Shown: positions 29,106-39,494 of the stretch, piece by piece | Numbering within the stretch: the first letter of the stretch is position 1 | Layout: each line of letters opens with the position of its first letter | IMG/VR virus record: IMGVR_UViG_3300030339_000003 | Span: 62,001 to 126,000 of that record | Reading direction: 5' to 3' (one strand) | DNA: 64,000 nucleotides | Translations under genes and position numbers: made by a program | Notes under the pieces: model-generated | Database searches by the model: none | What the model was told of the DNA's origin: nothing | What the model saw: only the letters and a program-made list of their open reading frames with translations

Positions 29106-29795
29106 TTAGAACTTAGTTTCAAGAATTTCGTCAAACACTGAAACGATACGCGCTAACAAAATGAATTGTTTCTTAGCCGCAATCAAATCATGGTGGGAAT
29201 TGATATAACGAATTTCCTGATTAATGACGTTGTTTTCTTTGCTTTCACGCAACTGTTCTTTACCAGTACGCATGACCACTTCAGACAACCCAGTCATTGC
29301 ATCACCGCAACACCAGTTATGACCTTTACCCAGTTCCGCATAATTTTCAGGGTTAACATAGTTGACGTTAACATCGACATATGCACGGAAAGATTGCGCA
29401 AACGCACACACAACAGATTTTAAATAGCCGTAGCGAGTAGGTGGTAAACGGTCAGGGTCGTTGGTCAATGCAAACACTTTATCCGACAATTCAGTAATGG
29501 CCTGATAAAACAGATCATTCAGTGCAATGGAGAAAATGTAAGCTGGACCAAACTTGAGATTAAAGCTCATGATGCTCGAGATAACAATCCAACGCAGATC
29601 TTGATTGTCAGATGAATTATAACGTGTCATCAGTTTGTCTTTAATTTCAGTACGCAATGGGTCGTCGATACAGTGCAGCAAATCCAGAGCTTCATTAAAC
29701 GTTAACTGATGTGGGATAGTAAACCCCAGGGATTCAGTAATAACGTTTTCAAAGTTGTCCGTCATTGTTTTCAATAACTTTAACGTGTCGCTCAT
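29106..29795 (-). CDS. Hypothetical protein
   Basis: 229-aa ORF with AAGGA RBS, last gene of the operon. Confidence 0.65.
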   Translation of the reverse strand: MSDTLKLLKTMTDNFENVITESLGFTIPHQLTFNEALDLLHCIDDPLRTEIKDKLMTRYNSSDNQDLRWIVISSIMSFNLKFGPAYIFSIALNDLFYQAITELSDKVFALTNDPDRLPPTRYGYLKSVVCAFAQSFRAYVDVNVNYVNPENYAELGKGHNWCCGDAMTGLSEVVMRTGKEQLRESKENNVINQEIRYINSHHDLIAAKKQFILLARIVSVFDEILETKF

Positions 29796-29803
29796 AATTA
29801 TCC

Positions 29804-31306
29804 TTAGGCCAATTTACCGAAGCCCAAACGACTTCCTATTTTGTTTAATGCGTCTTGAGCACCCAGCACATTAACTTCAATAAGTTCGTGTGTTGTAGTG
29901 CTTATTTTTTCCATCACGGTTTGTGCATCTGCTTCTTGCATGAATACCATTTTGGTAGGAAGACCACTAGCCGATAACGGAACATTAAAGTTAGGATTAG
30001 TTGCTTTAGCTTTTAGCATCAATTCCTTAATAACTTTAACATCATTGGCCAAACCAGCAAACATGAAACGCAATGCATTATCATACCAGCCAGTCAAATC
30101 TTTTAAGGTATTACGCGCATTCTTAACGATAGTTAAAGTCATGTTGGCAAAGTTAGTGAATTGGCTCACAACGTTTGTCATTTGCTGATAAGTAACCAGA
30201 TAATCATTATTACCAGTAGCTTGTGTAATAGCGCGTACTTTGGCTAATTCACTTGCATCAGTTAAATCGTAAAGTTCTTTTAAGAACCCTTTGATTTCGT
30301 TCTGTTCACCAGTCTTCATATCACGGGTCGCAGAGAAACCAATCAACTGATTGATCTTATCCACAAATGCACTGTCAGCCAATACCTGCGCAGTCTTAAT
30401 GGAAGCAGTCAATTGTTCATTGATAGTGACAAAGTTGTTTTGCAGGGTTTCTTCAGTTACTTTGATGCCAGAAGATTTATCCAGCATTTCTTTTAATGCA
30501 CCAACAATTTCTGGAATGTTAAAAGCTTTAATAACTTCCAGCATGTCAGTCTGCAGGCCAGCCAGATCGCCGTCTAAATAATTTGCACGACTGTTGTTAC
30601 GCAAAACAGTTTGAATGTGTCTGGTGACGCGTTGTTTAGCCGTTGTGGCTGCACGTGAAGAACGCCCAATGCTGTGCAGTACTTTGTCAGCCAAAGGAAT
30701 AACTTCAGTCAGACTACCCAAGGCTTCTTTTTCATTAACCAATTTAGAGGTTAAGAATTTCAGCTGAGGGATACGGCGTTGGTTGGTAGGCAGATCTTCC
30801 AGGTAATGGTTGATATCCAACAAATGCGCCGGGAAACCTAATGCGGTCAGATAACCAGCCAGTTCTTCTTTTAGTTTAGGGAGTTCCGTAGCAATAACTT
30901 CTGCTTGGCGATCACTTGGTCCAAACCCAAAGATGAATTTAACTTTATCCACACACCACAACACAATTTTCTTAATGAAACGGATAACGGCAACAATGCC
31001 TTTTTCCAATCCATCCATAACCGTAGTGAAGAAACCTTCGCCACCAAACCGTGAATTATAAGAACCACCAGTTGGGTCAGCTTTGTTACTTGGCATCGGG
31101 ACGTTATAAAAGTCAGCCAATGCTTTAGTAACGATGCCGGTCTTAACGTAGTGCTCAACACCAGCAACCATTGATTTTACTTTATTTTGTTTGTCGTAAT
31201 GAATAACTTCGGTCAGATCAATTGTCTGATTTTCAGCATCATCAAAGGAGATGTTATCAATGTTGTCATCGCCGTTAATGCTGTCGACGGTAACCGTATT
31301 ATTCAT
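29804..31306 (-). CDS. Head protein (phiKZ gp86-like), internal-head family signature
   Basis: GVEH and GGEG sites, then FFTTVMDGLEKGIVAVIRFIKKIVLW...FIFG. Confidence 0.65.
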   Translation of the reverse strand: MNNTVTVDSINGDDNIDNISFDDAENQTIDLTEVIHYDKQNKVKSMVAGVEHYVKTGIVTKALADFYNVPMPSNKADPTGGSYNSRFGGEGFFTTVMDGLEKGIVAVIRFIKKIVLWCVDKVKFIFGFGPSDRQAEVIATELPKLKEELAGYLTALGFPAHLLDINHYLEDLPTNQRRIPQLKFLTSKLVNEKEALGSLTEVIPLADKVLHSIGRSSRAATTAKQRVTRHIQTVLRNNSRANYLDGDLAGLQTDMLEVIKAFNIPEIVGALKEMLDKSSGIKVTEETLQNNFVTINEQLTASIKTAQVLADSAFVDKINQLIGFSATRDMKTGEQNEIKGFLKELYDLTDASELAKVRAITQATGNNDYLVTYQQMTNVVSQFTNFANMTLTIVKNARNTLKDLTGWYDNALRFMFAGLANDVKVIKELMLKAKATNPNFNVPLSASGLPTKMVFMQEADAQTVMEKISTTTHELIEVNVLGAQDALNKIGSRLGFGKLA

Positions 31307-31712
31307 GGCAACCTCTCAGTTCCTGAAGTAAGTAACTTACCAGGTCTTTATATTCTTGAAGTTCACTGATGCATGGGAGCACAACAGTGCCTTCATTAGT
31401 AACCGGAGTAACTTTAACATAGTTACGACCCAATGAAGTCAGTGAAGATAAAGACAGGTTAATGAAAGACAACACGCCAGTCCAGATCAATTCATAACCG
31501 ATTGGAGACACGGAGTTCCAGCAATCCAGTTTATCACGGTATTTGTCTTTTTCTTCATTTGGGACAAAATACGTTGGGTTATAAATAAAGTGGGCACGAA
31601 CAATGGCGTCGACGTAAGCGTTATCAATCAGCTGACGGTGATATTTTGGACACGTTACTCCCAGTTCGTTCAATTTGGTTTTAACACGTACAATGTGATC
31701 TAAGTGAGACAT
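31299..31712 (-). CDS. Small head protein (phiKZ gp85-like by synteny)
   Basis: 137-aa coupled ORF. Confidence 0.5.
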   Translation of the reverse strand: MSHLDHIVRVKTKLNELGVTCPKYHRQLIDNAYVDAIVRAHFIYNPTYFVPNEEKDKYRDKLDCWNSVSPIGYELIWTGVLSFINLSLSSLTSLGRNYVKVTPVTNEGTVVLPCISELQEYKDLVSYLLQELRGCHE

Positions 31713-31721
31713 AACGAATCC

Positions 31722-33056
31722 TTAAGCTGTAAGTTCATTTAATTTAACATCTAAAATAGCCATTTCATTATTTGCAATAGCTTGTGTGAAATGTTCGAAT
31801 TCTTGTGCTTTGAAATCAGCACCTTGGATAATACGGCCAATCATGCGGTCAACAAAAGTACCTGAAATGATAGGACGGTATTTTTCACAATCACGTAGTA
31901 AGATAGCAGCACGTTCTGCAATCTCAGATTTATCTTTAGCGCTCATGTTAGGAACTTCTTTCATCTTAGCGATGAGTTGTCGGATGCCATCTTCGTAGCG
32001 ACGGAAAGGACTGTTGTACGCGCCGGAATAAGAACTTACCCCATAGATTAATAGCATCAATGGTGCAGTTACGGCAATCCAACAAATAATGCCAGTTACG
32101 CCAGCAACTAAAATCAGTTGGAAGAACATAGACCCAATAAATAAAGCAGTCATGCCACAACCCCAAAGGATTGAACTAGTGCGCGTAGAGGACATTACAG
32201 CAATACCAGCGATCAACCCGCGATCAAAGCCCATACGAATAGCGTAAACGTCTGCCAGTACTTCAGAAGACATTGTAGCCACACCTAAAGATAATGCGCG
32301 TGCGGAGTTACGACGATTGATCAAAGCATTAAAATAAATCAATGTTTCTTCTGGAGATGATTCGGCAATCGTTTCAATATCGTCTTTATTATCAACGGTG
32401 GCTTCTAACAAACCCGCCACACTACGAATAACCATAACGCGTTTTTCAGATGTTGGTTGCGCACCTAATGCGTTAAGGGCGCCGCGAATAATAAAGTTAT
32501 CGTTACTGGTAATATCCACCATGGCGCAGGCAAAGAACGCATGACCCAGTTCGTGCGCAATACAACCGGCGGTAACTTCAGGATGTTCAACTTTAAAACG
32601 TTCCAGTTTTTGCTTTTGGAATAACACATCGACCATTGTTCCCAGATAAAGTTTTAAAGGTACTTCAGCATACGCACCGTAAACTTTGCCCGTTTTATAA
32701 TCGATACTACCTTTAAAGGCTTTACCTTTATTTTTGGTGTACCAGTTAGATAAATTAGTATCAGTAACGTCAAAGTATTTATCAATGCCGGGAATGTTCA
32801 AAATATTGGCAGGTGAAAAATATCCAACGTCAATTGCAAAGTTTGGTTGCTGCATCATTTCGACTGAAATGTTATTAAAGCCAGTGTATTTTTCGATGAC
32901 TGGTAAGATCGAATCTTTAACTGTCCCTTTAAGAACACCATTAACAAGATGCGGGGTAATCGCTTCGGTTAGAGCAGAACGGAAATCATCATTTTGAAAG
33001 TTGATAAATTCTAACCCTGAGCGTTTCCCCTGTTTTAAAAAATCAATACCCAGCAT
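31722..33056 (-). CDS. Virion-block protein with M48-like zinc metalloprotease motifs and a hydrophobic segment (phiKZ gp84-like)
   Basis: CIAHELGHAF (HExxH), downstream SEVLADVYAIRMGF, hydrophobic stretch, and YNSPFRRYE. Start at 33056 (AAGGA RBS) preferred; the track's ATG at 33113 coincides with the late promoter motif. Confidence 0.6.
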   Translation of the reverse strand: MLGIDFLKQGKRSGLEFINFQNDDFRSALTEAITPHLVNGVLKGTVKDSILPVIEKYTGFNNISVEMMQQPNFAIDVGYFSPANILNIPGIDKYFDVTDTNLSNWYTKNKGKAFKGSIDYKTGKVYGAYAEVPLKLYLGTMVDVLFQKQKLERFKVEHPEVTAGCIAHELGHAFFACAMVDITSNDNFIIRGALNALGAQPTSEKRVMVIRSVAGLLEATVDNKDDIETIAESSPEETLIYFNALINRRNSARALSLGVATMSSEVLADVYAIRMGFDRGLIAGIAVMSSTRTSSILWGCGMTALFIGSMFFQLILVAGVTGIICWIAVTAPLMLLIYGVSSYSGAYNSPFRRYEDGIRQLIAKMKEVPNMSAKDKSEIAERAAILLRDCEKYRPIISGTFVDRMIGRIIQGADFKAQEFEHFTQAIANNEMAILDVKLNELTA

Positions 33057-33109
33057 ACTTCCCGTCCTTATTTTATTACTATATAGGCAATTGAATAGAT
33101 TCATTTTAA

Positions 33110-33118
33110 ACATAAAAT
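33110..33118 (-). promoter_or_regulatory. Putative late promoter ATTTTATGT
   Basis: Motif copy upstream of the gp84-86-like operon. Confidence 0.5.
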
Positions 33119-33134
33119 ATCGAGGGTCGATTAG

Positions 33135-34913
33135 ATGACCGAAATCGTTAGTTCACCGATCGTGGGACGTGTTTGTAAACATGTTCATCAAGGTTTTAGT
33201 CGTATTAATAAGTTTGATGACTTAACAGCCTTAAAAATAACTAACGTCCATGCTGATGGTTCACGTAGCGAAGAATTTAAACTCATTAAAAACTTCCAAC
33301 AGCCATTGTGGATTGTCAAGCCAGAACATCGTAAATTTAAACAGCAAAAAGATTACATCGAGCAAAAGAAATGTCGTCCATTTAAAAGTAATGCGGCTAA
33401 GATGGCTTATACCATATCTAACGTATTACATGGTCAGCCCAATCCAAAAGCTGATTTACGTATGATGATGTCATCACCGTATGTGTTCGGTATCGACCAA
33501 AGCGTACCAGTATTCTTAAAACAAAAGTATTTTGATTTGTATGAAGAATACCAACAAACCGAACGTTATACCGTGGCGGGTTATGACGTTGAAACCGATA
33601 TGGAAAAACCAGACCAGCCCGTAATGATGGCGTCTGTGACCTTTCGGGAACGTGTATACTTTGCAACGGTGCGTAGTTGGTGGGATGGTTTAACTGACGA
33701 GGAAATACTTGCAGGGTTAAAAGCGGAAGAAACAAAACGTTTTGCAGAAGAACTTAAAACGCGTAAATGTGTTATCGAATACGAAGTGGTCGATACACCG
33801 GCTGAAGTTGTTAAACGATGTATTGATAAATTCCATAGTTGGTCGCCTGACCTTGTAGCGTCATGGAATGCAACATACGATATGGAGAAAAACGAAGAAG
33901 CATTAAATGCAAATCGTTATCCTTTATCTCGTATTTATAGTGACCCCACTATACCTGACGAATATGCTTTTTATCGTTTAGATAAAGGTCGCACACACAA
34001 GATCAAAGAAAACGGTGACAAGTCCTCATTAGAACCACAAGAGAAGTTTCCTACTGTGCGTTGTATGGCTCGCTGGCAATGGTTGGACTTTATGTCTTTC
34101 TATGCTATCAAACGCGCGGCTGGCGGTAAGCTTGATAGTTATACGTTAAATGATTGTGCAAAGCGTGAAGGTGTTGAAGGTAAACTGTATACCGAAGAAG
34201 GTAGTCACTTAATTGAAGGTAAAGCTGACTGGCATCGGTACATGCAGAAACATCATAAATTCATTTATTCAATGTACAACATTAAAGATAACTGGATTAT
34301 GGAAGACTTAAATGATAAGACATTAGACTTATCTATGTCATTCCCGTTGTTAATTAAGTCATCTGAATACTTTAACTATCCAAGCCAACCACGTATCATA
34401 TCTGATGCATTGTCATTTATTGCGCGTGACAACGGTTATGTGTGGGGTTGTGTTGGTAACAACACCAAGAACGAATTCAATGACATGCTTCCTACGCTTA
34501 AGAACTGGATTGCATTGTTACAGACTGAGAAGAACGCAGACAAAGGCTATAAACTGTTCCAAGGTCTTATGGACGTTTACAGTACTGGTCGTTCTAGCGT
34601 ATCAGACGTTGACGTTGAAGGTGCTTATCCTACAGCTACATTGACTGCTAACGTAAGTAACTTTACCACGCAAATTGAAGTGTGTCGTATGCAAGGTAAA
34701 GATCCACTTAAACAACGTGAAATCAGTATTAACTATGCGAGTAGTCCAGAAGCTAACGCGATTGGATTGTGTGAAGAACTTTATCACTTCCCATCTTACG
34801 ATAATGTTCAAAACGTATTCGAAAGAATTTTGGCTGAAAACAATGTATTGACTAAGTTCAAATCATTTGTAGATAACAAAGAAGAAGTTGTGGATGTTGA
34901 AGAAGTATTTTAA
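33135..34913 (+). CDS. Split family-B DNA polymerase, 3'-5' exonuclease plus motif-A subunit (phiKZ gp82-like)
   Basis: ExoI YDVETD, ExoII WNATYD, ExoIII YNIKD, and polymerase motif A DVDVEGAYPT; no motif B or C in this ORF. Confidence 0.85.
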   Translation: MTEIVSSPIVGRVCKHVHQGFSRINKFDDLTALKITNVHADGSRSEEFKLIKNFQQPLWIVKPEHRKFKQQKDYIEQKKCRPFKSNAAKMAYTISNVLHGQPNPKADLRMMMSSPYVFGIDQSVPVFLKQKYFDLYEEYQQTERYTVAGYDVETDMEKPDQPVMMASVTFRERVYFATVRSWWDGLTDEEILAGLKAEETKRFAEELKTRKCVIEYEVVDTPAEVVKRCIDKFHSWSPDLVASWNATYDMEKNEEALNANRYPLSRIYSDPTIPDEYAFYRLDKGRTHKIKENGDKSSLEPQEKFPTVRCMARWQWLDFMSFYAIKRAAGGKLDSYTLNDCAKREGVEGKLYTEEGSHLIEGKADWHRYMQKHHKFIYSMYNIKDNWIMEDLNDKTLDLSMSFPLLIKSSEYFNYPSQPRIISDALSFIARDNGYVWGCVGNNTKNEFNDMLPTLKNWIALLQTEKNADKGYKLFQGLMDVYSTGRSSVSDVDVEGAYPTATLTANVSNFTTQIEVCRMQGKDPLKQREISINYASSPEANAIGLCEELYHFPSYDNVQNVFERILAENNVLTKFKSFVDNKEEVVDVEEVF

Positions 34914-34932
34914 ACAAAAATAAATAAGTTTA

Positions 34933-34964
34933 TATAACTCCTACCCTTGCGGGTAGGAGTTATA
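34933..34964. terminator. Bidirectional hairpin between convergent genes
   Basis: TATAACTCCTACCC-TTGC-GGGTAGGAGTTATA. Confidence 0.85.
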
Positions 34965-34974
34965 GTTATGTTTG

Positions 34975-35553
34975 TTAAATTTTGTAAGCGACTAATTTAC
35001 GCATGAAGTAGTTGAGGTTATCCGCTGATGCTTGATTAAAAGTACGGGACAACGTTTCAACATCTTTAAGCTTAGCTGCTTTAGCACGAGTAGGCCAGGA
35101 CTTCGCTAAACGTACCAGGTAAGTAATTAACAAACGATAGTTAGTTACAGATGCAGAAGGATAACCGTCTTTCTCAATGCCGTGTGTAAGGCGTAATACA
35201 GTGCCGTCATCCATAGCCGATTTACAGTTACGCAGAGTATTGATCAGATAAAGGATGCCTGTTTCAAAATCCATATAGATCTTGGTACCTAACAGGCGGC
35301 CAGTTAACTCAATAAAGTTAATCGCTTCATCACGACGTTCTTTATCAGTACGGAAACCAAGTTCACGGTTAATGTATTTGAAATGCTTGTCTACTGCTGC
35401 AGTATATAACGCTACAGTTTCGCTCATTTCAGTTACAGGGGTTTCAGGTTGAACCGTGGTAGATGCATCGTTAGTGGTTTTTGTATCAACCACAGTCGTT
35501 ACAGGCTCTGTAGTGACGGTTTCTACTACAGGTGGAGTATAGGTACTTTTCAT
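34975..35553 (-). CDS. Conserved hypothetical protein
   Basis: ATG at 35553 (MKSTYTPP) preferred; T/P/E-rich N-terminal tail followed by a helical body. Confidence 0.6.
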   Translation of the reverse strand: MKSTYTPPVVETVTTEPVTTVVDTKTTNDASTTVQPETPVTEMSETVALYTAAVDKHFKYINRELGFRTDKERRDEAINFIELTGRLLGTKIYMDFETGILYLINTLRNCKSAMDDGTVLRLTHGIEKDGYPSASVTNYRLLITYLVRLAKSWPTRAKAAKLKDVETLSRTFNQASADNLNYFMRKLVAYKI

Positions 35554-35588
35554 TATAATGACCTTTATGTAAAATGACGGAAACATAG

Positions 35589-35616
35589 AATCAGTAGGGT
35601 GTTACCCCTACTGATT
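35589..35616 (-). terminator. Hairpin terminator
   Basis: 11-bp stem AATCAGTAGGG / CCCTACTGATT. Confidence 0.75.
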
Positions 35617-35620
35617 TGAG

Positions 35621-36031
35621 TTATGTTTTCTTTGATATTTGATTAAAGGTATCGGCAGCAGCTCGTTTAGATTTCTCTAAGGCAGCAGCTTCTGTTTCTT
35701 CTTGTGCTTTACGAAGATCATAGTTGATACGATCTTCGATACCAATGGACAACCCTTCAATCAATCCTGCTACAACTTCTGTAGGTAATTTCAAGTATAA
35801 TTCCAAAGGAATAATGTCTTGAAGTTTGTTTGCAGAATAGTGACGACCGACAGACACAATAGATAAGTCGTGGTCGTACACATGTTCAGCAGGATGGTAC
35901 TCAATGGAATCATGGGCTTTTGGTTCAAATGGATTCGTGTAACCCATTTTAATACGATAAAGCATCATGTCGTAAAACATAAGTTTATCGGGGGGAATAT
36001 CTTTTATCGATTTCCCCACCAAATTACCCAT
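35621..36031 (-). CDS. Hypothetical protein
   Basis: 136-aa ORF in the operon. Confidence 0.6.
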   Translation of the reverse strand: MGNLVGKSIKDIPPDKLMFYDMMLYRIKMGYTNPFEPKAHDSIEYHPAEHVYDHDLSIVSVGRHYSANKLQDIIPLELYLKLPTEVVAGLIEGLSIGIEDRINYDLRKAQEETEAAALEKSKRAAADTFNQISKKT

Positions 36032-36054
36032 ATACTGCAGATAGACAGGATCGT

Positions 36055-37821
36055 CTATTCGAGTATCCTTGAAAGGGCTTCTTCCATTGCATTCTCTCCA
36101 ACCCTCGCTCGTCCAGTAAACGTCTGGCTGGTTAGGGTAAAAAAAGCATTGATGACGTTAATAGGTGTATAACCTAATTCTTCCATCCCTGCTGATTTAC
36201 CTGAACAGTTTTCACACGTGTAGTTGGACATGCCCACAAATGTCTTGGACATATAAGGGTAGTGGCGCACGATGGTATCAATGAGGTCAGCACCCATTTC
36301 CTGGTTTTCCAGAATGATGTCGATAAGACCTTTGTTGAACTCATCAGGCGGTGATTCGCTGCGACGAACGATGGTAACGTTTTGTTCTGGGTCGTTATCT
36401 GACATGGTGTGGTATTCAGACACGTAATGCAGATAGTCGGTACCCACCAGACCATTCAACAGTTCGTCACGACGTTCAACGAATTGCTGTTCGGTAATAC
36501 TGGTCTGTTGAATTTGGCTGATTTTTTCTTTGATGTGTTCGGCAAAGAATTCTTCTGCTTCAAACGATTCAGACAGTGTCGGTGCTTTCAACACAAACCA
36601 GCTGTTTTTCAGATGGTTATAAACCGGCTGAATGTCATGCTGATAATTAGTACCGCGTTGGAACGCAATTGATTCTTCACGGCTGTATTTACGACTGAAG
36701 TTAATCATGTTGCCATAAGCGGCAGCTTCTTCTTTCGTATCCAACCATTTGCGATTACGAACCAATACAGACGGGTCAACGACTTTTGTTCTAGTCCAGT
36801 CGCAGCTATCTTCACCTAAACACTGCAATTGGAAATTAACACCACGCGGATAAGCGTTATCCAGCAAAGCAGTAGCAATAGCTTGCATGTCAGTGATCAA
36901 AATAACGTCAGCCAATTCATCAAAATCATTGACATCTTTCATTGACGTACGAATGGTGCGATCTTTAATGAAATTCCAAATAACGCGAATAACAGCGATG
37001 TTAGATAATGCCGGAACGTTTTGCTGAACATGACGAACGTGACCAGTGACAGCTTTAGCGATATTGTTAATGAGATCAGCCAGATCAAGTTTGCCAGACT
37101 TCTTATAGCTAAGTGCAACATAAGAGTTACGCAGCAACAGATCGTACTGGTAAGCTTCGCCCGTAGAGTTTAACGAAGTACGGCGCATGAATTCAGACAA
37201 TGAAAAACGTTTATCGTCTTTAGCACGACTAGGGACTACACCATTAACATCGGCTGTAGCAATTTTGGTAGTACGTTGGTTTTGGTTGGAGATACCCTGT
37301 TCGTTAAGAATCGGGAACTGCACCATAACCGGGTCAAAGATGTTTTGAATGAACCCATACAGCGCCAAGAAGCGAGTATTGAGAACTTCCATATCAATGC
37401 CAGGATAATGTTGATCACAGTACTCAGTCCATTTGGCAACCGCTGCTTGACATTCAGAAACCGTGATATCCAATTTATCACGTTCTTTATCGCTCATGCT
37501 CAAATAACCCAAAGAAGCACGATAGAGCGTCCAGTCAGTAACTGTTTCATTCAAACGGTTATAGTTGTCTTTATTCAAACCGATGAATGTTTTAAAGAAC
37601 TCAACACCTTTACCGTTAGAATCGAAATCGCCTTTAGTGTCCGGCTTTGATGGAGTAGGGTCAGCCATCAATGTGGTTTCTGCTGTTTGAATATCAGCAA
37701 TCTTTACCAAAGGTCTTTCAGCTGCAGGCTGCACATTTGGTGGAGTGACCGGCGCAGCTGGCTGTTGTTCAGCTGAGTGATTAATATCAGTGGCGATTTG
37801 TTCCAGATCTTTATCGTTCAT
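36055..37821 (-). CDS. Conserved protein with Cys pairs, possible baseplate hub assembly factor (T4 gp26/gp51-like)
   Basis: 588 aa; QCLGEDSC and TCENC Cys clusters plus LKAPTL. Confidence 0.4.
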   Translation of the reverse strand: MNDKDLEQIATDINHSAEQQPAAPVTPPNVQPAAERPLVKIADIQTAETTLMADPTPSKPDTKGDFDSNGKGVEFFKTFIGLNKDNYNRLNETVTDWTLYRASLGYLSMSDKERDKLDITVSECQAAVAKWTEYCDQHYPGIDMEVLNTRFLALYGFIQNIFDPVMVQFPILNEQGISNQNQRTTKIATADVNGVVPSRAKDDKRFSLSEFMRRTSLNSTGEAYQYDLLLRNSYVALSYKKSGKLDLADLINNIAKAVTGHVRHVQQNVPALSNIAVIRVIWNFIKDRTIRTSMKDVNDFDELADVILITDMQAIATALLDNAYPRGVNFQLQCLGEDSCDWTRTKVVDPSVLVRNRKWLDTKEEAAAYGNMINFSRKYSREESIAFQRGTNYQHDIQPVYNHLKNSWFVLKAPTLSESFEAEEFFAEHIKEKISQIQQTSITEQQFVERRDELLNGLVGTDYLHYVSEYHTMSDNDPEQNVTIVRRSESPPDEFNKGLIDIILENQEMGADLIDTIVRHYPYMSKTFVGMSNYTCENCSGKSAGMEELGYTPINVINAFFTLTSQTFTGRARVGENAMEEALSRILE

Positions 37822-37832
37822 TACACTTTACC

Positions 37833-38534
37833 TTATTGTGCTGGCTGGTTAACTTCGATTGGCGCGTCTTCTTCAGTAGCGTCAGAGCCGTATTCATCTG
37901 CTTCTGCAGCAGTAACTTCTTCACCAGTAACAGGCAAAGGAGTTGCATATTTAGGACGGATACGAGCCATACGTTCCATGGCGTAACCAAACACGGTTTG
38001 CTGATAGGTGGCGTCAGTTGCATTGTGCTCATGCATATAACCGTCGATCAGTTTACTGTGGTCATAGATAGCGGTCATGACTTCTTTTGCTATCATGTGC
38101 AGTTCTTGTGACTTGTCGGCTAAGTCAAACAACAATTCAGGCGGAACATCAGACAGCTTACCATCTTTGGTTAAGATCATGATGATGTCGGCGTTTTCAT
38201 TAAACAACACGCTAATGCGGTCGAAGTTTACAATCGCTGATGTTTGATGATCATCAGGTGTTACTTTACCTTCGGTCACGATACGTTCAAACACTTCAAC
38301 TGCACAACCGGTAGCCGCACTTACTTGGATGGTTTCACCAATCAAAGAATGCACATCGCTGATAGATGCCTGGCGACCAGTGATTTGCTGACCACGCATC
38401 AACAAATTAGTAACGTACTTACGATCAAATTGCTGAACCGGTTTACCCACGATTACTTTAGGCGCTTTGTTTTGACGTTTAGTACGATTTTTTAAATGTT
38501 TGGCCTGTGCTTTACTTGAATTATTTTTGGACAT
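37833..38534 (-). CDS. Conserved hypothetical protein, basic N-terminus and acidic C-terminus
   Basis: ATG at 38534 (MSKNNSSK) with GAGAG RBS; the track start at 38603 overlaps the divergent gene. Confidence 0.65.
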   Translation of the reverse strand: MSKNNSSKAQAKHLKNRTKRQNKAPKVIVGKPVQQFDRKYVTNLLMRGQQITGRQASISDVHSLIGETIQVSAATGCAVEVFERIVTEGKVTPDDHQTSAIVNFDRISVLFNENADIIMILTKDGKLSDVPPELLFDLADKSQELHMIAKEVMTAIYDHSKLIDGYMHEHNATDATYQQTVFGYAMERMARIRPKYATPLPVTGEEVTAAEADEYGSDATEEDAPIEVNQPAQ

Positions 38535-38567
38535 GTTATGACTCTCTTTATAGATTAAGGTATAATA

Positions 38568-39494
38568 ATGGAAACTGTTAATGACGCTACGGCGCATAAC
38601 CACGCGGTGGTTTTGAACTACATAGGTAACCTCTGGTTAGAATTCAGTTCCCAGGTACCTAGTGAACACATAGCGTTATATGAACGTGGTATCGCTACTG
38701 TTTTATTTGCTTACCCAGATTCACTGATGCCTTCTCAAATTATTGAACTGTTGAGCGACGAAACATTGGCGCCAGAAGATCGCGGCATGGCACTGCGTTA
38801 TGTTTTACTCGACCAGTTAGTTGATATAATCAATAAGATGGGCGTTACGTTAAATAAAGATTTTGTTGAAGTTAAACACTTAACAGAATTTTTAAATATG
38901 GCTGAGTTCTTTTACGTGTGCTCAGAAATAGAAGATGCTTACAATACAATCTTACCGTTGCTGTTAGCGTCTGATAACGCACCTAAATATCGTTTAATCG
39001 GTTGTTTGGGTAAAGCCTTCTTTTTTGAAAATGAAGACCCTGATGTTTCAGAATACGAATGTCTTATTGATGACGTAGCGGAGTCAACGTTAAAAGCGTT
39101 AGCCGATGCAATTACCCAAGAAGACACTTCGGACGTCCCACCTGATTCCGTTATACTTCGCTTGAAAGCCAACCAAGCAATTTATGGCGAAACACTGGCG
39201 TATCAGTACGTTAGAAAAGGTGGGTCTTTGTGTAATGCCTTAGAAACGTATTTGAGCTATTTCCGTCAACAACTTAATGCACTGTTAAATGAAGACGGGA
39301 TTGAATACACAGTTCAATACGGTAAAGACATTATTGCTTTACATCTCATTAGTGACCTTAATGATTCTCAAATTGTCGACAAACTGTTAACGTTCTTTGA
39401 CGGTCGTGTAGACAACATTGCTGCTGTATTCCAAATTGAGAAATTAGTTAAGACATTGGTGTTGGGACAGGATTCTACTGATGAACAAGATTGA
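38568..39494 (+). CDS. Conserved protein coupled to vRNAP beta' (phiKZ gp79-like by synteny)
   Basis: 308-aa acidic ORF with AAGG RBS, overlapping the next start. Confidence 0.55.
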   Translation: METVNDATAHNHAVVLNYIGNLWLEFSSQVPSEHIALYERGIATVLFAYPDSLMPSQIIELLSDETLAPEDRGMALRYVLLDQLVDIINKMGVTLNKDFVEVKHLTEFLNMAEFFYVCSEIEDAYNTILPLLLASDNAPKYRLIGCLGKAFFFENEDPDVSEYECLIDDVAESTLKALADAITQEDTSDVPPDSVILRLKANQAIYGETLAYQYVRKGGSLCNALETYLSYFRQQLNALLNEDGIEYTVQYGKDIIALHLISDLNDSQIVDKLLTFFDGRVDNIAAVFQIEKLVKTLVLGQDSTDEQD

